36,652 nt of DNA from Octopus bimaculoides. Lineage: Eukaryota. A program made the position numbers and the translations under genes. The stretch lies in the NCBI RefSeq assembly GCF_001194135.2, contig NC_068993.1, positions 37,931,090 through 37,967,741 of the forward strand, read 5' to 3'. This document shows, one piece after another, positions 1-11,324 of the stretch. Within the stretch, counting starts at the first letter, position 1. Every line of letters begins with the position of its first letter. The notes below the pieces were generated by a model. The model was not told the DNA's origin. It made no database searches and worked only from the letters and a program-made list of their open reading frames with translations.

Positions 1-47
<47 letters not shown>

Positions 48-49
<2 letters not shown>

Positions 50-240
50 TGCCATTGCATGACAACTGGTGCTAATTTGTCTATGTTACTGTAACTTAGC
101 AGTTCAACAAAACGGATCAACAGGATAAGTACCAGGTTTAAAAACAATAAGTACTGCACTTGATTTGTTCAACCAAACCCTGCAAGGTGGTACTCCAGCA
201 TGGTCGCAGTCCACTGACTAAAACAGGTGGAAGTAGAAGT
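48..240 (+). mobile_element. SINE family A (tRNA-derived, CORE-like), 3' half
   Basis: Follows (TG)n. gtaacttagcagttcaacaaaa...ataagtacc...tactccagcatggtcgcagtc matches the 3' half of the copies at 680-1050 and 29988-30455. Confidence 0.8.
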
Positions 241-489
241 AAAAGAAAAAAATGTGTGTATGTGTCTAGCACTCTGTGTGTTTATATATTCACACACACA
301 CACACACACACACACATACATATGTAACCTTCATTTGACTAAGGTATCTTTGGCCCAGTGACTAGCTAGCAGATTACCCCTCATTTGGATAATTACTATT
401 TCCAAGGTTCTGCTAGCTATGAAACATATGTAGCCTGGATTTTATCTACTCCACTCCCAAATTTTGGATATGTATATATATTAATCCTC

Positions 490-670
490 ATCATCATCAT
501 CATTTGACACCCGTTTTCCATGCAGGCCTTAGTTGCGCAGATTGACTGCAGCTGGTAAGGCCTAATGCAGCACCAGATTCCATTATTTGTTCCACCATGG
601 TTTCATCGACTCGATGCACTTCCTGACACAACCACTTCATAGGGTGTGTTGGGTGATCCTAACATGGCAT
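490..670 (-). mobile_element. Degenerate RTE-type 3' tail repeat (family D)
   Basis: (CAT)n then cccgttttccatgc...gatgcacttcctgacacaaccac, a diverged version of 4237-4399. Confidence 0.6.
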
Positions 671-679
671 TAGCATGAG

Positions 680-1050
680 ACTTCTCAACCACATGGTTCC
701 GGGTTCAATCACACATTGTGGCAACTTGGGAAAGCGTCTTCTACTATAGCCTCGAGCTGACCAAAGCCTTGTGAGTGGATTTGGTAGATGGAAACTGAAA
801 GAAGCCTGTTGTATATATGTGTATATATCAATGTGTGTGTGTCTTTGTGTCTATGTTTGTCTCCCCATCACCGCTTAACAACCGGTGTTGGTGTGTTTAC
901 ATCCCAATAACTTAGCAGTTCAGCAAAAGAGAAGAAAGAATAAGTACAAGGCTTAAGAGGTAAGTGGTGGGGTTGATTTGTTGGACTAAAAGCCCCTCAA
1001 GGCAGTGCTCCAGTATGACCACAGTCAACTGACTGAAACAAGTAAAAGAT
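680..1050 (+). mobile_element. SINE family A, near full length
   Basis: B-box-like gggttcaatc, CORE-like cttgggaaagcgtcttctactatagcc, ggaaactgaaagaagcc, internal (AT/GT)n, 3' gactgaaacaagtaaaaga. Confidence 0.9.
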
Positions 1051-1061
1051 GAGGAGAAGAT

Positions 1062-1134
<73 letters not shown>

Positions 1135-2082
1135 TATATACATATACATATATATTTATATACACATATATATATATTTATGTACACACATACACACACA
1201 CACATCGAAACGCCGGTGTTAAAACGGGGGTAGCTGATGAAGGAAAATGTTCTCTATGTGGCTTGTGTTTTCTGTACTCTGGTTATTATTATTTTCTTGT
1301 CTACGTTTTGTTTGCAATGTCCTGTACCCAGATATGCACCTATATATACAGGTAGACGTAGGTGTGCACATACCTGTACGTATATATACATATACTCATT
1401 ATTTGTGTTATATATATATATATATATATACGTACATATATATATATACTGTGTACTTGCAATGGATTTAGAAGACCTTACAAAACCTCTGAGTAACTCC
1501 CGCAGCTTTTGTGTGGAGCGAAGCATCTGTTATGTTTATTTCACTTATGGTTGAACAAGCTGAAGTTGGAGTCTCAATCAATTTGATCATGACAATAGAT
1601 TCAACTCTAGTCTCACAGTAGAGTCATGCTGACAGTAAATGCTCAGTTGCTCTTTGAAAGTCCTTTAAAATAAACATGCATACTCAGCTTGCACATAAAA
1701 AACGTTTGAGCTTTCTCCAGTCTCATTGCCAAACGAACTTGTAATAGCAATTTTGTCTATGCAGTCAACCTCTGTAAGTTTGCAAAGAGACTTAGAAATA
1801 AATTCATAACTGATAAAAATCACCAAAGCTGAAATAAAAATATACGAGTTAATCATGAAATCTACTATGGTTTAATATTATATAATTTTAAATTTAATGG
1901 ATTTCGGAATGTTATGGTTGTGAATTAAACATGAAAGACTACTAAAAGTAATATGGAAAAATTATTGATAATAAAGTTGAAACTAGAACATAACTATGTT
2001 TTAAATAGAGCATGTTTGAAAGAAAGGCTGTTCCCTATTTAAACACATACACATATACAGCAGTATGCATAAATCGATGTAC

Positions 2083-2133
<51 letters not shown>

Positions 2134-2195
2134 TATAAAAGTCTACCAACTAAGCTATATGGGCAGACACACATACATTTATATATCTTTATATA

Positions 2196-2252
2196 CATGT
2201 CTATCTATCTATCTATCTATCCATCTATCTATCTATCTACCTATCTATCCAC

Positions 2253-2291
<39 letters not shown>

Positions 2292-2295
2292 CCTC
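2196..2295. repeat. (ATCT)n tetranucleotide microsatellite
   Basis: Directly visible; source of the YLSI/IYLS ORFs. Confidence 0.95.
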
Positions 2296-2774
2296 TCTAT
2301 CAATGTTTATATAAATACACACACACACATATTATACATGTGTATAATTGCGTATATATTTGCAGATGTATACAATTCACATACACAGATACACATACAT
2401 TTCGTTTTTGCATATATTTACACAAATATATATTCTCACACCTACACACACACATATTCAATCCATATAAATATGTATATGTACACACACACACACACAC
2501 ACAAACACACCCACATAAGGAAATTTGATACAGGCTGGAATTTGATCACAATGCTGGTGGTTGTGATGAGAGTAATAACGATGATGATGATGACAATGAT
2601 GATGATTATGATGGTGTGGGTGATGATGCTGTGTACGGAACTTCCGCCCCAGCTCGTTATTGTTATAAAGCTAAATCTGTTTGTTTAGAAAGAAAACATA
2701 TGTGTCATCATTTTGGTGCATCAGTTTATCTAGGTATTGTTTACACACTTACTATACCTTTACAAACAATACAT

Positions 2775-2826
<52 letters not shown>

Positions 2827-2879
2827 TACCATATGAATAGATAAATCTATATGTCTATCTATTTAACTCTGTCTCTGCC

Positions 2880-2918
<39 letters not shown>

Positions 2919-2923
2919 ATATT

Positions 2924-2971
<48 letters not shown>

Positions 2972-3181
2972 TGTCTCTCACCTTATATATATATACATAT
3001 ACATATATATATACATACATACATATATATATATATATACATACATACATATATACACACACATATATATACATACATATATTATACATACATATATATA
3101 TACACACACACATATATATACATACATATATTATACATATATATATACATACATATACATATATTCATATGTATATATATA
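2775..3181. repeat. Compound (AC)n/(CT)n/(AT)n/(GT)n microsatellite field
   Basis: Directly visible; ends at an assembly gap. Confidence 0.95.
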
Positions 3182-3637
3182 NNNNNNNNNNNNNNNNNNN
3201 NNNNNNNNNNNNNNNNNNNNNNNNNNNNNNNNNNNNNNNNNNNNNNNNNNNNNNNNNNNNNNNNNNNNNNNNNNNNNNNNNNNNNNNNNNNNNNNNNNNN
3301 NNNNNNNNNNNNNNNNNNNNNNNNNNNNNNNNNNNNNNNNNNNNNNNNNNNNNNNNNNNNNNNNNNNNNNNNNNNNNNNNNNNNNNNNNNNNNNNNNNNN
3401 NNNNNNNNNNNNNNNNNNNNNNNNNNNNNNNNNNNNNNNNNNNNNNNNNNNNNNNNNNNNNNNNNNNNNNNNNNNNNNNNNNNNNNNNNNNNNNNNNNNN
3501 NNNNNNNNNNNNNNNNNNNNNNNNNNNNNNNNNNNNNNNNNNNNNNNNNNNNNNNNNNNNNNNNNNNNNNNNNNNNNNNNNNNNNNNNNNNNNNNNNNNN
3601 NNNNNNNNNNNNNNNNNNNNNNNNNNNNNNNNNNNNN
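3182..3637. other. Assembly gap (N). Other gaps: 7502-8228, 14656-15187, 18618-18715, 20651-20723, 26180-27104, 27825-28492, 33418-33427
   Basis: N runs; each has (AT)n-type sequence on at least one side. Confidence 1.
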
Positions 3638-3778
3638 CCAACTCGCTTAACTGTTCCTTCAACACTGCCATCACTGCTGTGGCCGCCATCGTCGACGACG
3701 GACAAAATCGCAATAAAGATTGTCATGCAACGACGCAATGTAAATAAAATGCCAGCAAAACAAAGAATTACAAAATGC

Positions 3779-3818
<40 letters not shown>

Positions 3819-4190
3819 ACCTACTCTTTCCTTCGAGTCCCTTCTCCTCCCCTGCTCAGCATTCCATCTTCGCCATCCTGTTTAGTGTCGAAGAATTTGC
3901 TAATTAAATTTCATTCCTGAATTCTTTCTTCATTTCAATATGTTTTTTAGTCTGTTTTCTTATTCTTAATCTTTTGTTCTTTTGTATAGTTGTTGTTCTT
4001 GCTATTGTTGTTGTTGTTGTTGTTGTTGTTGTTATAGTTCTTTTATTCCCAACAGATTGCTCCGGAACCAAACTGTAGATAACCAGTGGTGAAATTCCTC
4101 TTTCTTTTTGGACTCTGTTTTATTATACTTTTGATTAAGCAGCCATGATCAAAGTGATTCCTACTGTGACCATCTCACCTTTCTCATATG

Positions 4191-4228
<38 letters not shown>

Positions 4229-4236
4229 TACATGAT

Positions 4237-4399
4237 CATCATTATCATTGTTTAACGTCCGCTTTCCATGCTGGCATGGGTTTGACGGTTTGACTGAGGA
4301 CTGGCGAGCCAGATGGCTGCACCAGGCTCCAATCTGATCTGGCAGAGTTTCTACAGCTGGATGCCATTCCTAACGCCAACCACTCCGAGAGTGTAGTGA
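4237..4399 (-). mobile_element. Family D repeat (RTE LINE 3' UTR/tail, or SINE sharing it), well preserved
   Basis: Reverse complement reads gttggcgttaggaatggcatccagctgtagaaactctgccag...ccatgccagcatggaaagcggacgttaaac then a (GAT)-like tail; homologous to 8790-8945 (+). Confidence 0.85.
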
Positions 4400-4509
4400 T
4401 ACATATGTATGTGTATACATATACATATCTATATATATAGATATGTGTATATATAAATGTGTGTGTGTGCATGCATGTGTGTGTGTGTATATGTATGTGT
4501 GTGTCTCTT

Positions 4510-4760
4510 TGTCTTGACATTTTATGATGGCTGTAAACGAAATTCACCTTCATACAGGTGGTGTCATTCATTTCGAATCTTTCCTCAGAACATGTCCTGC
4601 CACAATGAAGCATTACTTTCCTTGGAAACAATTAAATGTTAACAACAGGAAGGGCATCCAATCATAGTCAAATATACTTTGATAAAATTACACCCGACCT
4701 ATGCAATTATGATTAAACGGATGTTGAAGCAATGCTGCTGCTGTTGATGATGATGATGAT
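4510..4760 (+). mobile_element. SINE-like family H sharing the caggaagggcatcc motif and (GAT)n tail with family D
   Basis: aacaacaggaagggcatcc...acccgacctatgcaa...cggatgttgaagc...gatgatgatgat; upstream body differs from D. Confidence 0.6.
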
Positions 4761-4990
4761 AACAATTACTATATTTGATAGTATACGAGACATAGATTAT
4801 TTTCAAAATCATGTCCCATAAAAAGACACCCTGTACCCTATATGCGAAGTTTTTAATGCACTAAAAACTATTCTGTCTGAATATGTGCTGAGAAAACTGG
4901 GTTGCATCCAATATGCTCTGTGTCTTTCAGACCATCAAATATGCTAAAATAATTAATAATTATTTCAACTTTATATTTTGAAGGCCATAT

Positions 4991-5200
4991 AAAGCAGCAA
5001 ACTGGCAGAGTCATTAGCGTGCTGGACGAAATATTTGGTGGTATTTCATCATGACATTACATTCTAAGTTCAAATTCCACCAAAGTCAACTTTGCTTTTC
5101 ATCCTTTCAGGGTCGATAAATTAAGTACTAGTTGCATACTGGAGTCGATGTAATTGATTAGTCCTCTCCCTGCAAATGTCAGGCCTATAGTAGAAAAGGT
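4991..5200 (+). mobile_element. SINE family C (tRNA-derived, Deu/Nin-domain-like)
   Basis: A-box-like ctggcagagtc, B-box-like aagttcaaattcc, gtcaactttgcttttcatcctttcagggtcgataaattaagtac, (ATT)n tail. Confidence 0.9.
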
Positions 5201-5224
5201 TGTTATTATTATTATCATTATTGT

Positions 5225-5520
5225 GAGGGTGCCTGATTTCATGGTTAGGATGTTGCAGTCACGATCGCTAACTAGATTGTGATTTCAATTTGTAGACTGG
5301 GTGGTGCATTTTATTCTTAAGCAAAACTCTTCATCTCATATTGCCCTGCAATCACTTACGACACCTGACACATGGTACACCGTGCACCTGTTCAGACAAC
5401 GCTGATTTGATGGAAGAAATGAGCCAATATGCAGCATGAACATTTCATCACAATAAACAAATGATTTGTGCAGGTCATTCAACAATAGCTGAACCCTCAT
5501 ACATCGTCTTTGACACGAGA
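5225..5520 (+). mobile_element. tRNA-headed SINE, family I (head related to B, different body), diverged
   Basis: catggttaggatgttgcagtcacgatc head and ttcttaagcaaaactcttcatctcatattgc, resembling the ttcttgagcaaaacacttcatttcatgttgc of family B. Confidence 0.6.
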
Positions 5521-5551
5521 ATCCATTCTTCTTCTTATTATTATTATTATT

Positions 5552-5772
5552 AAGGCAGTGAGTTGGCAGAGTTGTTTAGCACATCCAACAAAATACCCTA
5601 GCATCATTTCATATGTCTTTATGTTCTGAGTTCAAATTCTGCCAAGGTAGACTTTGCCTTTCATCCTTTCAGGGTCAATACAACAAGTACCAGCTGAGCA
5701 TTGAGGTTAGTGTAATTGATGATCCCCGACCCTCCAAAGTTCCATGCCTTGTGCCTATAGTAGAAAGGATTA
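5552..5772 (+). mobile_element. SINE family C
   Basis: Starts right after (TTA)n. aaggcagtgagttggcagag...gagttcaaattctgccaaggtagactttgcctttcatcctttcagggtc...ccttgtgcctatagtagaaaggattat. Confidence 0.9.
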
Positions 5773-5961
5773 TATCATAGGGATATATAAAGACTTCTGT
5801 ATGCGTACAAGTAAAACTGGTTCCATAAACGGTTTGCATGTCAGGCTCATAAATGTAATTAAGGGCATAACTGCAAGAACTTCAGAATAGCCTGATGGTG
5901 TGTATATATATATATATATATATGTACAATGGCAGTAGGTTGGCTATTCTGTAAGAAGTAC

Positions 5962-6184
5962 AGGGCTGGTTTCCCAGTTGCTCTAACATATATCTATATT
6001 CCTCCCTGAATGGGACACCTATCTGTTGTGAGGCTGTTAATATTTACCAGTTGAGTGCACTGGAGCAACACGAAATGAAGTGTTTTGCTCAAGAACACAA
6101 AGCATCGCCCAGTCCAAGAATCGAAATCATGATCTTACGATCCAGAGTCTAACACTCTAACCGCTAAGCCATGCACCTCTACAC
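5962..6184 (-). mobile_element. SINE family B (tRNA head, CORE-like and V-like segments)
   Basis: Reverse complement has tggcttagcggttagag (A box), atttcgattctt (B-box-like) and gtgttcttgagcaaaacacttcatttcgtgttgctccag. Confidence 0.85.
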
Positions 6185-6334
6185 AATAGCAGTGGCCATG
6201 TTGGAAATTGCCAATCTCAAGAACAGATTCAAAGTCATAATAAATTCTTTCAGTTTTGCATTTCACACATTAATTCTACCATATGTAGAATTTTAGTTAA
6301 ACAAATTTAAAATTGTATAAAAATTTATTATGAC

Positions 6335-6378
<44 letters not shown>

Positions 6379-6589
6379 TACGGTTTAACGGAAATGAAAT
6401 AAAAGAGAAAGAAGGAAAAACATTCTGCAAATTGTATAAAAAAAAAAGTAAAAATAAGTTGAAATAAATATTTAGAAAAATGAATTAAAAAAAAATTGAG
6501 TTTCCATAGAAAATTTGTTATTTTCTCTCGTACTTCTTATTCAATTTTCTCCTGGTATCTAAAGTAAATAATACATGTGTGCACGCTCG

Positions 6590-6629
<40 letters not shown>

Positions 6630-6733
6630 TACATACATACCAGGATATGTATGTATATGTGTGATCACACATAAAGCATATACACATACATACACACACA
6701 CATAAATACAGATATACAAATGCACACAAAAAG

Positions 6734-6764
<31 letters not shown>

Positions 6765-7003
6765 CACATACATATATTCGTGTGTGTGTATGTGTGTGTG
6801 TGTGTGTGTGTGTATGTGTACTTGGCTCTGATGTTTGGCTGCTTGGCACCAATTAGGGTTTTGTAAACTGTAAGATGGTTAAAAATTTTTGTCAATGTCC
6901 GCGAAAAGCCATTGGGCTCATTCCAGTTTAAAACATGATATGTTCCAATGAAGTAGACAAATGATATAACCTTTGTCTTCTTACTACACCTATGACCATT
7001 CAT

Positions 7004-7051
<48 letters not shown>

Positions 7052-7451
7052 CGATATGTGTGTCTATATATATATGTGTGTGTGTGTGCAAATGCATGTA
7101 TATACATATGTGAGCATACAGTGCACACAAACATAAATACATACATACATATATATATATATACATATATATACATATACATATATATATATATATACAA
7201 GCAGACACATATATGTAAGTTTGTAAGCTGAAGTTTGGTAACCAGTGTGTTTTGATGGGCCTTCAATACATAAAACAAGAAATAAAGAAAAGCTAGAAAT
7301 GAAGTTAGGCATTGTTTTCCAATTCTTACCTAAAAACATAACCAGAGTTTTATGATTACATCAAGGGGTGTATATAATGATTATTGTTTGTGTATTTGTG
7401 TACACACACTCACACACATAAATATATACACATATAAATATGTGTCAAGGC

Positions 7452-7501
<50 letters not shown>

Positions 7502-8239
7502 NNNNNNNNNNNNNNNNNNNNNNNNNNNNNNNNNNNNNNNNNNNNNNNNNNNNNNNNNNNNNNNNNNNNNNNNNNNNNNNNNNNNNNNNNNNNNNNNNNN
7601 NNNNNNNNNNNNNNNNNNNNNNNNNNNNNNNNNNNNNNNNNNNNNNNNNNNNNNNNNNNNNNNNNNNNNNNNNNNNNNNNNNNNNNNNNNNNNNNNNNNN
7701 NNNNNNNNNNNNNNNNNNNNNNNNNNNNNNNNNNNNNNNNNNNNNNNNNNNNNNNNNNNNNNNNNNNNNNNNNNNNNNNNNNNNNNNNNNNNNNNNNNNN
7801 NNNNNNNNNNNNNNNNNNNNNNNNNNNNNNNNNNNNNNNNNNNNNNNNNNNNNNNNNNNNNNNNNNNNNNNNNNNNNNNNNNNNNNNNNNNNNNNNNNNN
7901 NNNNNNNNNNNNNNNNNNNNNNNNNNNNNNNNNNNNNNNNNNNNNNNNNNNNNNNNNNNNNNNNNNNNNNNNNNNNNNNNNNNNNNNNNNNNNNNNNNNN
8001 NNNNNNNNNNNNNNNNNNNNNNNNNNNNNNNNNNNNNNNNNNNNNNNNNNNNNNNNNNNNNNNNNNNNNNNNNNNNNNNNNNNNNNNNNNNNNNNNNNNN
8101 NNNNNNNNNNNNNNNNNNNNNNNNNNNNNNNNNNNNNNNNNNNNNNNNNNNNNNNNNNNNNNNNNNNNNNNNNNNNNNNNNNNNNNNNNNNNNNNNNNNN
8201 NNNNNNNNNNNNNNNNNNNNNNNNNNNNATATGCATGTA

Positions 8240-8385
8240 TGTATAGTAAAGATGTTTGTTCCCTAGTCATATGCTGTCAGGTTCAGTCCCACTGCATGGT
8301 ACTTTGGGCAAATGTCTTCCTATTTAGCCCTGGACTGACCAGAGCCTTGTGATTGGATTCCATAGATGGAAACTGAAAGAAGTTC
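8240..8385 (+). mobile_element. SINE family A, 5' half
   Basis: ggttcagtcccactgcatggtactttgggcaaatgtcttc...gatggaaactgaaagaag then (AT)n. Confidence 0.85.
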
Positions 8386-8389
8386 ATTT

Positions 8390-8423
<34 letters not shown>

Positions 8424-8499
8424 ATATTCCTAATTAGATGGAAACTGCAGGACCACATGGAGCAGTGCCCTGTGACTCCTATAGTATGCGTAACTGAAA

Positions 8500-8945
8500 C
8501 CCCTAATAATGGGGTGTCCTGAGGGATGACCTAGATAGATAGATGCATGCAGAATGGAAGAGATGAGGAAGGACTGAAATATCTGGTGCCTTGCTGTACT
8601 CAAGAAGGCCCGTCCTCCACAACAGAAGTGTTAATGCCACTCCCTCGGCTGAAGAACAGTGGCCTGTAAGAGCTCTGTGCTGGCACCTTTTCTAAAAGCA
8701 CTCATGCTGGCACCATGTAATAGCACCCGTACTGGCACCATGTAAAGAGGCCTGTGCCAGTGTCACAAAGAAAGCACGCAGCACACTCTGTAAAGTGGTT
8801 GGTGTTAGGAAGGGCATCCAGCCATAGAAACCAAGCAAGATCAGACTGGAAGCTGGTGTAGCTCTTCTGGTTGCCAGCTGTGATCAAACCATCCAACCCA
8901 TGCCAGCATGGAAAACGAACATAAAAGGCTGATGATGATGATGAA
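8500..8945 (+). mobile_element. 5'-truncated RTE-type LINE: decayed ORF C-terminus plus 3' UTR (family D) with (GAT)n tail
   Basis: 8554-8634 translates MEEMRKD*NIWCLAVLKKARPPQQKC* (TGA probably a decayed CGA), resembling RTE C-termini (..DR..WR.AV..KT). Followed by ~25-bp gctggcaccatgtaa repeats and gttaggaagggcatccagcc...gatgatgatg. Confidence 0.65.
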
Positions 8946-9117
8946 CCTGGGGTGATTTTTTAAAAAGTTATTTTTGGGGAATAAAATGGCTTTTATGCCA
9001 AATACAGTACATTTCTTCCTTCATTTTGCATCTTAGATACTCATATAAGTTTTTGGCCAGAGCTAGCCTAACTTAAAGGCACCACCCGGAAAAGACATTT
9101 AATGATGTTTCATAGTA

Positions 9118-9256
9118 CAGTTCAAATTCTGCTGAGGTTGACTTTCTCCTTCAGGTGTCAATGAAGTAAGTACCAGTCAAGTACTGGGGGTTGATGTAAT
9201 TGACAAGCACCCCCACTCCAAATTTCAGGCCTTGTGTCTATAGTAAAAAGGATATT
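9118..9256 (+). mobile_element. SINE family C, 5'-truncated
   Basis: agttcaaattctgctgaggttgacttt...aagtaccagtcaagtactgggggttgatgtaattgac...ggccttgtgtctatag. Confidence 0.85.
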
Positions 9257-9397
9257 TCATATTACAGTTATTCTTTGAGTATCACAGCCCATTCAAGTAA
9301 AGAATTATTGTTTGCAGCATTCTATCCCAGTGCAAGTGGTTTAACTGGAATTAGTTGGACCTAGCGTGGGTTAGTAGGGGTATATTATTATAGTACT

Positions 9398-9533
9398 TTC
9401 CACTGAAATCGACTTTGATTTTCATCCTTTCGGGTGTCAATAAATTAAGTACCAGTTATGTACTGATCGATCTAATTGACTAGCTCCCTCCCCACAGATT
9501 TTGGGCCTTGTGCCTAGTGTAGAAAAGATTATT
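9398..9533 (+). mobile_element. SINE family C, 5'-truncated
   Basis: atcgactttgattttcatcctttcgggtgtcaataaattaagtaccagt...gggccttgtgcctagtgtagaaaagattatt. Confidence 0.85.
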
Positions 9534-9729
9534 GGGGTACTGTTTTACAGCAAGTGAGAGATGTCCCCTGTCTCAGTAGAGCAAGGGTGTTTGTTTGAAG
9601 ATTAATCCAAAGGTACTCAGTCACTATAGATCTGTTTGACCGGACTATCAAATAATTGGAGCTGACTCAATGAAAGGGGCTATTATATGGTCAGTTATTC
9701 AGACTGAAATAGCAGACTAATATCCCTAA

Positions 9730-9940
9730 GCTGTTTAGCATTCAAATTTTTCAGTCACACGTAGAGCTTATTTATTCACGTTTCGAATTAATTGTGCATT
9801 ATCTCATAGCTTCAAGATTTCAATGATGTGATTGTTTATTTCAAGAATGACATTGTAGGGTAGATTTTAAAGGCCAGATATAACCATTTTGAACACAAAA
9901 CAGGTAGAATATCTGGACTGGATATGGTCAGTTTAAATCA
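9730..9940 (+). mobile_element. MITE-like element family E (opposite orientation to 16088-16285)
   Basis: gaattaattgtgcattatctcatagctt, gaatgacattgtagggtag and aaacaggtagaatatctggactggatatgg are reverse-complement homologues of 16088-16285. Confidence 0.75.
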
Positions 9941-9944
9941 CTCT

Positions 9945-10085
9945 TAACTATCATAGGAGAAGGACAAACTAAATGATGTGACCTTTGATGTATTGTGTTT
10001 GAAAAAAACAAACAGGATGGTCAGAGTTAGATTGTCATTAGTTTATAGGTGTCCTTCATCAGAGTTGAGCTGGGGTTAATCAGTA
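9945..10085 (-). repeat. Unclassified interspersed repeat family F, fragment
   Basis: aggatggtcagag...catcagagttgagctggggttaat, the reverse of the gttaactcagggtcag...gatcaaag start at 18203. Confidence 0.55.
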
Positions 10086-10439
10086 TTAAGGGCAACAACA
10101 GCAATAACAATAATATTGCTATCATTTTTCCATAACTTTGAGTTGCCTCATTTCTTGTGGGTGAATTTGAGTAGACAGAAACTATATAGAAGTGGATTGG
10201 TTCCAGAAGGGTTAAATATGAAGATTTTTAAGTTGGGACATAGGGAAATTTAAAAATTGATAAAAAAATCTATCAACAGGCAAATTTGGTTGTAAACCAA
10301 CATTTTGAAATAATCCATATTTTGTATGCAAACAAAAGCATCATAAACTATGAATTTCCTCAACAAATGTAACAAGAATCTCAATGAAGGACAACTCCAA
10401 AATGACGAAAATAGAAAATACAAAAAGTTCACAATATAA

Positions 10440-10595
10440 GCTTGGCTGTGTGGTAAGAAGTTTGCTTCCCAACCACATGGCTCCAGGTTCAGTCCCACTG
10501 TATGAAACCTTGGGCAAGTGTCTTCTACTACAATCTCAGGTCATTTTAAGCCTTGTGAGTGGATTTGGTAGATGGAAACTGAAAAACCTGTTTTT
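10440..10595 (+). mobile_element. SINE family A, 5' half
   Basis: tggctgtgtggtaagaag (A box), ggttcagtccc (B box), ccttgggcaagtgtcttctact (CORE-like), gatggaaactgaaa. Confidence 0.9.
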
Positions 10596-11069
10596 GAGAG
10601 TGTATGAACCTGATCTAAATTCATAATACCCAGATTCTTTCAGCGCATTACACTTTTGATTTGATTCTTCATCATGTCTTCTAATTTTTCCTAACCCTTG
10701 GCATTATCCAGACAGGGAGAGAGGAAGCCACTCACAAATATAGAAGATAATGACACAGGAAATTGGAAAATGTTAATAATACAAGCTATATGTCCTTACA
10801 AATGTCTTCCTCCACATGGCAGCAGCGGTGGTGGTGGTGGTGTGGTGGTGGATGGTTGAAGGATCCACTCTGATAGCTGCCTTACAGGGCACTGGCACAA
10901 GAGGTGCTTTTTACACTGCTCCAAAGATCAAAATTAAGATTTTGAGTTAAAAATCTATATTTTTGTAAGCAATATCAAAGAATAAAGAATAAAATGCTTT
11001 CATGTTCGGTTCAGTACCAGTTACTTCATTCACCAAAATGCACGTTCTATCAAATGCTACATTCAACAT

Positions 11070-11205
11070 AATCATCATCATTTTAATCTTTTAATGTCTG
11101 TCTTCCATGCTGGCATGGGTTGGATGGTTGACATAATCTGATGAGCAAGAAGCTTCGGTACGGTTTCCACAACTTGATGCCCCTCCCAAACAACAGAAAT
11201 ATCGG
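11070..11205 (-). mobile_element. Family D tail fragment
   Basis: (CAT)n then ttccatgctggcatgggttggatggttgac...gatgcccctccc. Confidence 0.75.
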
Positions 11206-11324
11206 CAAACACCCTATCAATTATTCCTGGTTTATTTTTGGAAAATCTGAGATTTTGGTTTAGATTCTATCATCATCATCATACTGTAACATCCATATCA
11301 AGATGCTAGCAAGAGTTGGAAATT

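Noticed and set aside
4040-4185. Apparent splice acceptor tttattcccaacag|attgctccgg
   Set aside because: The downstream part (gatcaaagtgattcctactgtgaccatctc) resembles repeat family F, so it is probably repeat-derived; no donor or meaningful frame was found.
8670-8770. CRISPR-like short direct repeats (gctggcaccatgtaa, ~25-bp period)
   Set aside because: These are tandem units without unique spacers inside a retroelement 3' UTR in eukaryotic DNA, with no cas genes.
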